In this document: piece by piece, positions 55,900-64,000 of the stretch
Numbering within the stretch: the first letter of the stretch is position 1
Layout of the letters: the number at the start of each line of letters is the position of its first letter
Source of the DNA: a virus
Lineage: Duplodnaviria > Caudoviricetes
IMG/VR virus record: IMGVR_UViG_3300021255_000152
Location: 32,001 to 96,000 of that record
Strand: one strand, 5' to 3'
Length of the DNA: 64,000 nucleotides
Made by a program: the position numbers and the translations under genes
Notes under the pieces: generated by a model
Databases searched by the model: none
What the model was told of the DNA's origin: nothing
What the model saw: only the letters and a program-made list of their open reading frames with translations

Positions 55900-58178
55900 T
55901 ATCGTTTCCAACTATCAATATCTTTTGAATGCTTAAAGCGCATTTCTACTTCCTGTTGTTTTCCTTTGTTAAATGCGGTTGTATAGTTTCCTGTTAGATA
56001 ACCTGTTACTCGACGAAGACGCTGAATATTGTGTCCTCCGCACATAGGACAGGTATCATTCATATCATCTGTATATCCGCAATCTAAACATGTATCATTT
56101 GGTACATTGATTGCAAAATATGGAATATCTTTATCCATCGCATAATTTACAATAGTTTCAAGTGCTTCCAAGTTATTCTTGGCACTTGATTCCAATTCAA
56201 CATATGTAATGCATCCAGCATTTGAATATCCAGTTAATTGAGATTCAATATCAATTTTTGTAAATGGATCCATATCGACCCAAACTGGAACATGAATACT
56301 ATTTGTGAAGAATTCATTTTCAGAAACATCTCGAATAACTCCATATTTTTCCTTGAACTTCTGCATTGCTGTGTAGCAAAGGTTCTCAGCAGGTGTGTAA
56401 TAAACACCAAAGTTTAAATGTTCTTCTTGTTTAAATTCTGCACAACGATCCTTAAATAATTGTTCAATGCGTTTAGCTACTTCCATACCTCTTGGATCAG
56501 TATGATCACAGCCAATAAGAATCTGAAGTGTTTCTGCAAGACCAAGCTGACCAATTACAAGTGTGCCATGTTTGAGCGCACTTCTAATGCCTTCTTCTGG
56601 ATGATAGCCAAGCATTGTGCCATTTTCATACATGAACTTAGCTGAATCTGGAGATTGCGCGCACATCCATTCATAACGCTCTTTAAGCATATCTCTTGCT
56701 TCATGAAGTTTAATATCTAATAAATCCAAAAACTCTTCAACAATATCATATGCAGATTCTTCACTATTAGATAATTTAGCGTATGTTTCAATCTTCTCTT
56801 TTGTCATCATAGCAAGAGTTGGCAAAATAATTGTTACAGGAGCAAGATTTCCACGGCCATCCTTTGTTTGCGGATTTGTTCCAGGTTCTGCATTAATATC
56901 AGCACCATTATATGTGCGGCAACCCATTGTGGATACGTATGTATTAGGGTCATTTCTATCATAACCTGCGTTTGTACTCCAATCTACATTAACATAGTTT
57001 GGATATAATCTCTGCGCAGTTGATTTAAGTGCAAGCTGGAATAAATCATAATTAGGCTCTCCTGGCTTACGATTTACACCTTTCATGCATTGGAAGATAC
57101 CACAAGGGAAAATTGAAGTTTTATGTAATCTACCAAGACCTTCAATAGAAACATTGAGAATTTCTTCAGTAACCATTCTTCCTTCTAGAAGAGTGCATGT
57201 ACCATAGTTAATAGATGTGAATGGGAGCTGATTTCCACTACGCGATTGAAGAGTATTTAAATTATGGTACATACCTTCAACTGCTTGATGAATTTCACGC
57301 CATGTCATATCCATAGCATAGTCATAAGCATTTGGACAATTTAAGTCTTTATAGAAATCACCATCAATGGCTATATCTTTAGCATCTACATCATCAGAAA
57401 GAGCATCAATTATTTTTCCTTCGATATAATGCACTCCATCTTTAAAGTGTTTATAGAAACTTTTTCTAACATAAGGAACCATTGTCCAGTCAATATGACT
57501 TGCACTAACGCCTCCAAATTGCTGTAAAGACTGAAGCTGGAAAATTACGGCAACCAACTGGAAAGCAGTATTTACAGAATTAGCTGGGCGCACATCACTC
57601 TGACGAGTATTAAATCCTTCTGCTAATAACTTGTCAAATGGAATAGTTAAACAATTATGCATTCCAACAGCATATGAATCTAAATCGTGAATATAAATTT
57701 CATTGTTTAAGTGGTTGTTGCGAGACATTTCAGACATGCAATAATCAAGCGCAAATTTTTTAGTTAATGCTCTACTGGCTTCTCCTACTCGTCCTCCAAA
57801 AGAATGTTCATCAACATTAGCGTTTTGATTCTGAACATCGCTTGCATCAAGTTTTCTAGCAACTTCTTTCATGAAGGTTGTGTTGTGTTCGCGCACACGC
57901 TGACGCTCGTAGCGATAGTGCATATAGGAACGTGCAACGTCTTTGCGGCGACAACTCATTAAGCCATTTTCAACCAAATCTTGAATATCTTCTACATTCA
58001 ATGTTTTTTCAGATGCCTTAACTTTGTCTTCTACATAATCTGCGATATTCTTTGCTTTTTGTTCTGCGTACTCTGTGACTTCTCCATCAACATCTAAGAA
58101 AGCAGACAAGATTGCCTGCTCAATTTTCATTGGGTTAAAGCCTTGAATAGTACCGTCTCGTTTTTCAATAAATAACAT
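55899..58178 (-). CDS. nrdD: Class III (anaerobic) ribonucleoside-triphosphate reductase
   Basis: ATP cone, IYIHDLD, MGCRT, TPAENLC, Zn-binding CxxC..CxxC, RRVTGYL glycyl-radical motif. Confidence 0.97.
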   Translation of the reverse strand: MLFIEKRDGTIQGFNPMKIEQAILSAFLDVDGEVTEYAEQKAKNIADYVEDKVKASEKTLNVEDIQDLVENGLMSCRRKDVARSYMHYRYERQRVREHNTTFMKEVARKLDASDVQNQNANVDEHSFGGRVGEASRALTKKFALDYCMSEMSRNNHLNNEIYIHDLDSYAVGMHNCLTIPFDKLLAEGFNTRQSDVRPANSVNTAFQLVAVIFQLQSLQQFGGVSASHIDWTMVPYVRKSFYKHFKDGVHYIEGKIIDALSDDVDAKDIAIDGDFYKDLNCPNAYDYAMDMTWREIHQAVEGMYHNLNTLQSRSGNQLPFTSINYGTCTLLEGRMVTEEILNVSIEGLGRLHKTSIFPCGIFQCMKGVNRKPGEPNYDLFQLALKSTAQRLYPNYVNVDWSTNAGYDRNDPNTYVSTMGCRTYNGADINAEPGTNPQTKDGRGNLAPVTIILPTLAMMTKEKIETYAKLSNSEESAYDIVEEFLDLLDIKLHEARDMLKERYEWMCAQSPDSAKFMYENGTMLGYHPEEGIRSALKHGTLVIGQLGLAETLQILIGCDHTDPRGMEVAKRIEQLFKDRCAEFKQEEHLNFGVYYTPAENLCYTAMQKFKEKYGVIRDVSENEFFTNSIHVPVWVDMDPFTKIDIESQLTGYSNAGCITYVELESSAKNNLEALETIVNYAMDKDIPYFAINVPNDTCLDCGYTDDMNDTCPMCGGHNIQRLRRVTGYLTGNYTTAFNKGKQQEVEMRFKHSKDIDSWKR

Positions 58179-58236
58179 TTCGTTTTCCTCCTAAGTAGTT
58201 AAAATATTTCTAGGAATCGTAGCGATTCAGTATTAT

Positions 58237-58833
58237 TTAATTTTCATTTTTGATATATTCTCTTTTTTCGGCCTCTTTAATAAATTGAACTATTTCATAA
58301 ACAGTTTCAATTCCATTTTGTGAGTTATCCACACAGAAACGATCTTCTGGCGGTAGCATCTGTAAGCTATAATGAATTCCTGCAAAATCTGCTTCATCAG
58401 TCTCATATCTTCGGAAAATTTCTTTAATATCGGGATTTTCTTCTCTTTGTAATTGACGAATTAAACGAACTTTATCATTGGCCAATAGATAAATAACACG
58501 TACTCTATCTACTTCGCTTTCTATAAGGTCATATAATCCGTCCGGATTAAATACACCAATATTAATTTTTTCTTCACTTAAATCTTCATATCGAGTACCA
58601 TACCACCATCCATTAAATGATTGATATTCAAGGAATTTATCATGATTGTTCTTAAAATATTCAGGCGAGACAAAATGATAATCCTTGCCCTCAACCTCGC
58701 CCTCACGAGGAGGGCGAGAAGTGCAAGATACAATACCATGAGCGTCTATATTTTTTAAAACCTTTTTTAAAATGTAATCTTTTCCGCTGCCAGCTTTGCC
58801 GATAATCGCATATACTCTAATCATCTTCGTCAT
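58237..58833 (-). CDS. gmk: Guanylate kinase-like nucleotide kinase
   Basis: GKAGSGKD P-loop, TSRPPREGEVEGKDYHFV, WYGT. Confidence 0.85.
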   Translation of the reverse strand: MTKMIRVYAIIGKAGSGKDYILKKVLKNIDAHGIVSCTSRPPREGEVEGKDYHFVSPEYFKNNHDKFLEYQSFNGWWYGTRYEDLSEEKINIGVFNPDGLYDLIESEVDRVRVIYLLANDKVRLIRQLQREENPDIKEIFRRYETDEADFAGIHYSLQMLPPEDRFCVDNSQNGIETVYEIVQFIKEAEKREYIKNEN

Positions 58834-61800
58834 ATTCTCCTTGCGCTCTTGTCGTTTGTAATGTAATATCTCCATTAGGGAAGATTTCAGCTATTTTATA
58901 TAATTGATGTCCTTGACTATTACTATATTTACGAGGAATGAATGTATCACCATTTCTGATTCCCTGAACAACAATCATATTTCCTCTATTAAACCAGCTC
59001 TTTTCAATAACATGTTTAACACCGTCACTGCCAAGAGCAGAAATCTGTTTGTCAAATAAAGCAAAATATTCTTTTCTAAATTTAACATCCACAACCCCAT
59101 TAGTGGTTAATAGAGTTACTGTTGAACGCACCTTATCTTTAGCAATGCATGTGCCGCAAATGCGCGCAAGCTGAAATCTATTAATGGTATGACCAGTTTT
59201 AGTTCTATAAGTTTCAACTACTACTGGTTCTTCTGGAATATCATTGAAGTTTTGATAACCATACTTCTTCATATTTAAATGTGCTAATTCATGCTCATGA
59301 TAGTAGAAGCACAATACTTCCATTTCCCAAGCAGAAAGCGTACCTGACGCATATTTTTCCCAATCGTCTTTAAAGATAATATCATTTAAATTTTGCAATG
59401 CTATATCTTTGTTTGCGGTAATCCAAGAACGAAGTGTATCCATATATGTCTGATAAACTTTGTCCCACTTTTTTGCATCAAGAGTTAAATCATTTTCAAT
59501 TAAATCTTCTCTTTCAATTTTTGTGAGGAAATTTATCGCACGATCTGTGAGTCGATAAACTGTTTTCTGCGGTGTGGCGCAAATCTTTTTTAAGTAGCGT
59601 GTAAATTCATATACACTACGAGCCTTTTTAATACTAGGATTATCTTCTGGAAGAATCTTATACTTAATAAGACTGTTCATATTTTGAAGCGTTAATCTCT
59701 GCTTTTTATCGCAGGTTTCCCAAATATACCAAGCCATGAGTTCTTTACGATCCATCATATTATCAAAGGCGCCGCCCTTAATAAGACTGATCATTGCTTG
59801 TTTATTTGGATGAACTTTCATCAAAAACTCTTTGGGTGATTTATATGGACGATTTGCTATTGCAGCATCAATAACATCGTCGCCAACGTTAAGCATACTC
59901 TTTAAGCCGAATAGAATCTGATTGTTCTCAATATCTGGTTCAAATCCAAGAGCAGAACGATTAATATCAACAAGGCTAACTTTAATACCCTCATTCATAA
60001 TATCGCCTAATGCCTTAGCCATTTTAACGTAGTTAGTAGAACCACCACCAACAGAACCACTATTTACAGTAAGACAAGCAGTGTTCCAATAAATCGGATT
60101 AAAATGCGTGCCAATATATGCGGTTTGGAAACCGATGAATGAATATGCTAATGCATGAATAATGGAGAATGAATAACCCATCTGCGGGCCAGCACCATAT
60201 TGCCATACATAGCGTCCCAGTGCTTCACTCTTCGCTTGCTTATAAACCTTTTCGCGTAACTCAGGAATCTTAGACATTTGTTTCTTACCAACGATCTTAC
60301 GTGCAGAGTTGGCTTCACCAAGAGTAAATCCGCAAATATTGGGATCCATAAGCATAGTCATTAACTGCTCCTGGCTTGGTGGAACTCCATAAGAAGATAA
60401 GAAGTATGGTTCAAGTGTTTTCTGTTCTTCTGGGCTTAATCCAGCTTTACGCATTTCATCGTACCAAAGACTAATGTCCTTTTTATAGCGAACATATTTA
60501 TCCATCGGCGTTTCAGCACCTTTTTCGGCAGTCATGAGTCGCATGAGGCCGTTTGCGTCTGCCAACTCAAGAATAGTTTTTGGTTGGATTTTCTTTGCGG
60601 CCTGTGCGCCAACCATAGAATCGAACTGGAAAATATTAATTACAGTTCCGTTTTCAATGGCATCCCAAGCTTTCTTGTCATCAAGAGGAAGAACCTCTGG
60701 GTGGAAGTATTTATCATATACTTGGCGTAAAGTTAAATCAGATTCAATCTCTCCATTTTCTTGGAGCAATCTAATTGTTTCGACAAGTTTATCTTGCACA
60801 TCAGTAACAAGGAAGTCAAATTTAGTCATGCCCATAGATTCGCACATATGGAGATCAAACTGTGTAATTACATCTCCTCCTGGTGTTTTCATAAAGGCGC
60901 CAAATTCATATGGGTCTTCGTCAAAGAAGATAACACCAGAAGCGTGAGAACCTCTTTGTTTAATAAGGCCCTGAATACCAAGCATAATATCAATTAAACC
61001 TGGATAGTTTTCAACTTCATTTATAAATTGAATAATAGGCTGTCTTTCTTTCTCAACGTTGCCATACATAACATCTTCGAGAGGCCAAATAAAGCCTCGT
61101 TCAGAAGGCACAAGAGAAGAAAGATACTGTGCTTGATCAACATCAATTCCATTAGGGAAATCTTCAGAACGATAACCTCTACAAGCTGTAAGAATTGCGC
61201 TTTTAGTTGATTCTGTGCCGTAAGTGGCGATAAGGGTGCATCCAAGATTTCGACGTGCCAAATCATCAACATCAGCATTAAAATTCTGACCACGCTCTTC
61301 TTTAATCTTCTCAATAATCATTGGACGTTTAGAAGGACATAGGTCAATATCAATATCTCCTAACTCAATACGTTCTTTATTGAGATAACGGAAGAATGGA
61401 AGATTCCATTGAATTGGGTCAAGCTGTGTAACACCTAAAAGGTAATGATTCAATCCTGAACAAGATGAACCACGACCTGCGCCAACCATGCTGCCGCAAT
61501 CCCAGAACATATTGATATAATGTTGAAGGGTTACAGGATAACAGAACATATTAGTTTCAAGTTTTTCACCAATGGTTCTTTTAATATCTGCTTCTTCCTC
61601 AAGGCGCGCAAGATATGTAGGAGTATTTTTATTAAGTTCGTTTAACTTCTTAATACATGTATTTACCCAATATCTTTCATAAATATCATCAGAAATATAC
61701 ATAGATGAAAGAGTAGGATAATTATTTTCAAAGAAATCTCCTTGTCTGCTAACAGGTTTAGGATAATCTTTAACTTTTACTCTTGGAATTTGCTGTTTAT

Positions 61801-62707
61801 GCTGAATTGAAAAGTTTTCAATCTTATTATAAATATCCAGCGAATTAGCACAAAGTTCTTCATAGTTAAGATTTGTTTGCGCCAAATGCTCAATAATTTC
61901 TTCTTCAGACTGAAGATAGGCAAATTCATAGAATGAATCAATTTCACGTTCGCCATCTTTGGAATTAAGATATGCTTTATGTACATATCTATCTTCTTTT
62001 TTAAGATAATGTGCGTCTGTGCCAATAACAATTTTCTTTTTATATGCCTTGGCAATAGAAGACATTCTGTTATTTACGGCTAACTGGTCAGGCGAAGTAC
62101 CTGGAGCGATCTCACAATAAAAATCATCGCCAAATAATTCATTCATATAAAGCATAAAATCGTTGATTTCTTTCTTTAAAGAATGAATTTTATCTGGAGA
62201 TTCATTTCTATTCTCAGCTCGCACCAACTCTAAAATTGTGCTTGAAAGAAAACCACCAATACAAGCACTGGTCGCAATTAGATGGCCCTTGCCATGCTTA
62301 TTAATTATATTTTCTAATTCTGAATACAGAGTTGGAACTCTCTCTAATCCTCGATCCATATAACTCTGCATCCAAGAGGTTGAAGATAATTCTCTCATCA
62401 TTCTCCAACCAATTTTATCTTTGCAAATCAAAATAAAGTGATAATATTTTATCCCTTTATCTCGTGTATTTGTCAAATATATTTCATTACCAATAGCGAC
62501 TTTAAAATCTGGCTTTACCTTTTGGATTTCTTGTGCAAATAGATTAATTTCTGGCGCAGCTGCGACTGTTTCATGATCTGTAATCGCAATTCCCGCAAGC
62601 CCTAATTCGATAGCACGATTAATTAAATCCTTTGGTTTATTGATACTATCAATAATTCTAAAGTTACTATAATGCGTATGAGAATGCGGCTCGAATCTTT
62701 TCTGCAT
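58817..62707 (-). CDS. dnaE: DNA polymerase III alpha subunit (family C)
   Basis: PHP domain (HSHTHYS, AITDHE, TDAHY), GRGS, DIDIDL, HASGV, KFDFL, C-terminal OB fold. 1296 aa with no TGA. Confidence 0.95.
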   Translation of the reverse strand: MQKRFEPHSHTHYSNFRIIDSINKPKDLINRAIELGLAGIAITDHETVAAAPEINLFAQEIQKVKPDFKVAIGNEIYLTNTRDKGIKYYHFILICKDKIGWRMMRELSSTSWMQSYMDRGLERVPTLYSELENIINKHGKGHLIATSACIGGFLSSTILELVRAENRNESPDKIHSLKKEINDFMLYMNELFGDDFYCEIAPGTSPDQLAVNNRMSSIAKAYKKKIVIGTDAHYLKKEDRYVHKAYLNSKDGEREIDSFYEFAYLQSEEEIIEHLAQTNLNYEELCANSLDIYNKIENFSIQHKQQIPRVKVKDYPKPVSRQGDFFENNYPTLSSMYISDDIYERYWVNTCIKKLNELNKNTPTYLARLEEEADIKRTIGEKLETNMFCYPVTLQHYINMFWDCGSMVGAGRGSSCSGLNHYLLGVTQLDPIQWNLPFFRYLNKERIELGDIDIDLCPSKRPMIIEKIKEERGQNFNADVDDLARRNLGCTLIATYGTESTKSAILTACRGYRSEDFPNGIDVDQAQYLSSLVPSERGFIWPLEDVMYGNVEKERQPIIQFINEVENYPGLIDIMLGIQGLIKQRGSHASGVIFFDEDPYEFGAFMKTPGGDVITQFDLHMCESMGMTKFDFLVTDVQDKLVETIRLLQENGEIESDLTLRQVYDKYFHPEVLPLDDKKAWDAIENGTVINIFQFDSMVGAQAAKKIQPKTILELADANGLMRLMTAEKGAETPMDKYVRYKKDISLWYDEMRKAGLSPEEQKTLEPYFLSSYGVPPSQEQLMTMLMDPNICGFTLGEANSARKIVGKKQMSKIPELREKVYKQAKSEALGRYVWQYGAGPQMGYSFSIIHALAYSFIGFQTAYIGTHFNPIYWNTACLTVNSGSVGGGSTNYVKMAKALGDIMNEGIKVSLVDINRSALGFEPDIENNQILFGLKSMLNVGDDVIDAAIANRPYKSPKEFLMKVHPNKQAMISLIKGGAFDNMMDRKELMAWYIWETCDKKQRLTLQNMNSLIKYKILPEDNPSIKKARSVYEFTRYLKKICATPQKTVYRLTDRAINFLTKIEREDLIENDLTLDAKKWDKVYQTYMDTLRSWITANKDIALQNLNDIIFKDDWEKYASGTLSAWEMEVLCFYYHEHELAHLNMKKYGYQNFNDIPEEPVVVETYRTKTGHTINRFQLARICGTCIAKDKVRSTVTLLTTNGVVDVKFRKEYFALFDKQISALGSDGVKHVIEKSWFNRGNMIVVQGIRNGDTFIPRKYSNSQGHQLYKIAEIFPNGDITLQTTRAQGEYDEDD

Positions 62708-62760
62708 CGGGCAATCTCTCCTTTTCTAATTATATTATAACATATTTTTTTATAAAAAGT

Positions 62761-63393
62761 TTATTTTATTTTGCGCGGATTCTCTTCTATTTGTTTTGTT
62801 CCAAAATATCTATTATAAAAATCTAACCATAAATAAAATAGTGGTATAAATTGCGTTGGAATCCAAGCAAAACTTGCGCAAATAACTAATATATCTGGTG
62901 TGGGAATGTCGAATAAGTTGTAGTTAGTTATTATATCTGTTTTAAATTTTTCTTTATTTAATAATTCTTCGGGAAAGGGCGAAGAAGTTTCATTGGCCAA
63001 CCACAAATATTCTTTTAAACGATTATTTTCTTCTAATTTTAATGCCCAGTTTCCACAATATAGATCAGAATTTGCTCTTGGATAACCACAATCATGATGA
63101 TGATCTATATTTATAACATTATATTGATATTCATCGGAAGTGTAATCATATAATTGATCATGGTCAAAAACAAAGTGTATATTTTCTTGTGGCAAAAAAT
63201 TAAATAAATGAAAAATATACATAGAAATATATGAGTATTTGTTTAAATCTGCATTACAATATTTTATTAAATCATTAATTTGAATGGCAATATCTTCTAC
63301 ACAAAATTCTTCATTTATAAAATTATTATATAGCTCAATACTTGGTGCCATAATTATATCAAAATCAATTGTTACAATATTTTTTACTTCCAT
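62761..63393 (-). CDS. Putative metal-binding hydrolase (UPF0489/arginase-deacetylase-like fold)
   Basis: TIDFD, H, NIDHHHD, CGNW motifs. Confidence 0.55.
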   Translation of the reverse strand: MEVKNIVTIDFDIIMAPSIELYNNFINEEFCVEDIAIQINDLIKYCNADLNKYSYISMYIFHLFNFLPQENIHFVFDHDQLYDYTSDEYQYNVINIDHHHDCGYPRANSDLYCGNWALKLEENNRLKEYLWLANETSSPFPEELLNKEKFKTDIITNYNLFDIPTPDILVICASFAWIPTQFIPLFYLWLDFYNRYFGTKQIEENPRKIK

Positions 63394-63394
63394 A

Positions 63395-64000
63395 CTATTT
63401 TCTCACTATAATAAGCTTATCTCTAGCCCTAGTTACTGCTGTATATAACCAGCGCCTATGTTCATCGCCCCAAGGAAAATCTTCTTCAAATACTAATACT
63501 TTATTGTATTCACTACCTTGTGCTTTATGGGCAGTAATGGCATATCCATAATCAAATTGATGAGGATGGAATTTTCTATTTACTCGTCTGAAATTATCAG
63601 CAGTAATACTTGGTTCCCATGTAGTAAATAATTTATAATCCATATTTACTTGATTAAATACTGCCTGTCCATATAAAACAGCATCATCATTTTCGTCATA
63701 ATGGTCAGGAATAAAGTCCGCATACATTAAGGTATCTATATACTTCTTGGGAATTAAACTTCCCATATTATTTTCTTTATATTCTATATTCTCTACAAAG
63801 CCAGTTAGTCCATTAACAAGTACATCACCAGCTTCATTTACCGCATCCCAATCGTTGCGCAAACAGATTACTTTATCTCCTGGAACTGGGGCTTTTGGCA
63901 CATCATGTCCGAAATAATATTCTCTCATTAAGTCATTATAGAAATGGCGTGTTTGATTTTTTGCCACGATTATTTGGTCTGCCCATTTCAACATACCACT
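63395..64000 (-). CDS. RecD/Dda-like SF1B helicase, C-terminal part (5' end outside the window)
   Basis: GDKVICLRN..NG..G, YAITAHKAQGSEY, LYTAVTRA. Confidence 0.9.
   Translation of the reverse strand, partial: SGMLKWADQIIVAKNQTRHFYNDLMREYYFGHDVPKAPVPGDKVICLRNDWDAVNEAGDVLVNGLTGFVENIEYKENNMGSLIPKKYIDTLMYADFIPDHYDENDDAVLYGQAVFNQVNMDYKLFTTWEPSITADNFRRVNRKFHPHQFDYGYAITAHKAQGSEYNKVLVFEEDFPWGDEHRRWLYTAVTRARDKLIIVRK

Noticed and set aside
60534-61314. Short antisense or alternate-frame ORFs within dnaE (and similar ones within structural genes, e.g. 14266-14886, 27322-27663)
   Set aside because: Shadow ORFs of long coding genes, lacking RBS or recognisable motifs.
55899-62707. Inteins or introns in nrdD/dnaE
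   Set aside because: Lengths and motif order are ordinary; no intein splice motifs or homing endonuclease inserts noticed.

Overview
This window is an AT-rich segment of a large tailed phage, most likely infecting an anaerobic, cell-walled Bacillota (Firmicutes) host. It reads TGA as tryptophan (genetic code 4). The many short ORFs in the supplied track are in-frame fragments of long genes broken only at TGA, and the window encodes its own tRNA-Trp with a UCA anticodon (50481-50551). Layout: 1-35.3 kb (+) tail/baseplate/fibre genes, including a 2614-aa LamG-CotH-LRR protein. 35.3-38.0 kb holds a LytTR regulator and a Cys-rich five-gene cassette. 38.1-46.8 kb is a RiPP-like modification locus that standard-code annotation largely hides: a YcaO, three radical SAM enzymes, a U32-family protein, a possible mini-subtilase, and a 393-aa candidate substrate with tandem G-Y-x-N-H-x-N repeats fused to an Ig/FN3-like domain. 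46.9-51.9 kb holds a multi-catalytic endolysin, holins, Hsp20, the tRNA and a GT8 glycosyltransferase. 51.9-64 kb (-) holds replication and nucleotide genes (RuvC-like, dUTPase, formate channel, nrdG, nrdD, gmk-like, dnaE, RecD-like helicase). These are almost all TGA-free, so recoding is concentrated in structural, lysis and accessory genes. Gene boundaries were re-derived by hand under code 4. Family assignments come from motif recognition only; no database searches were run.
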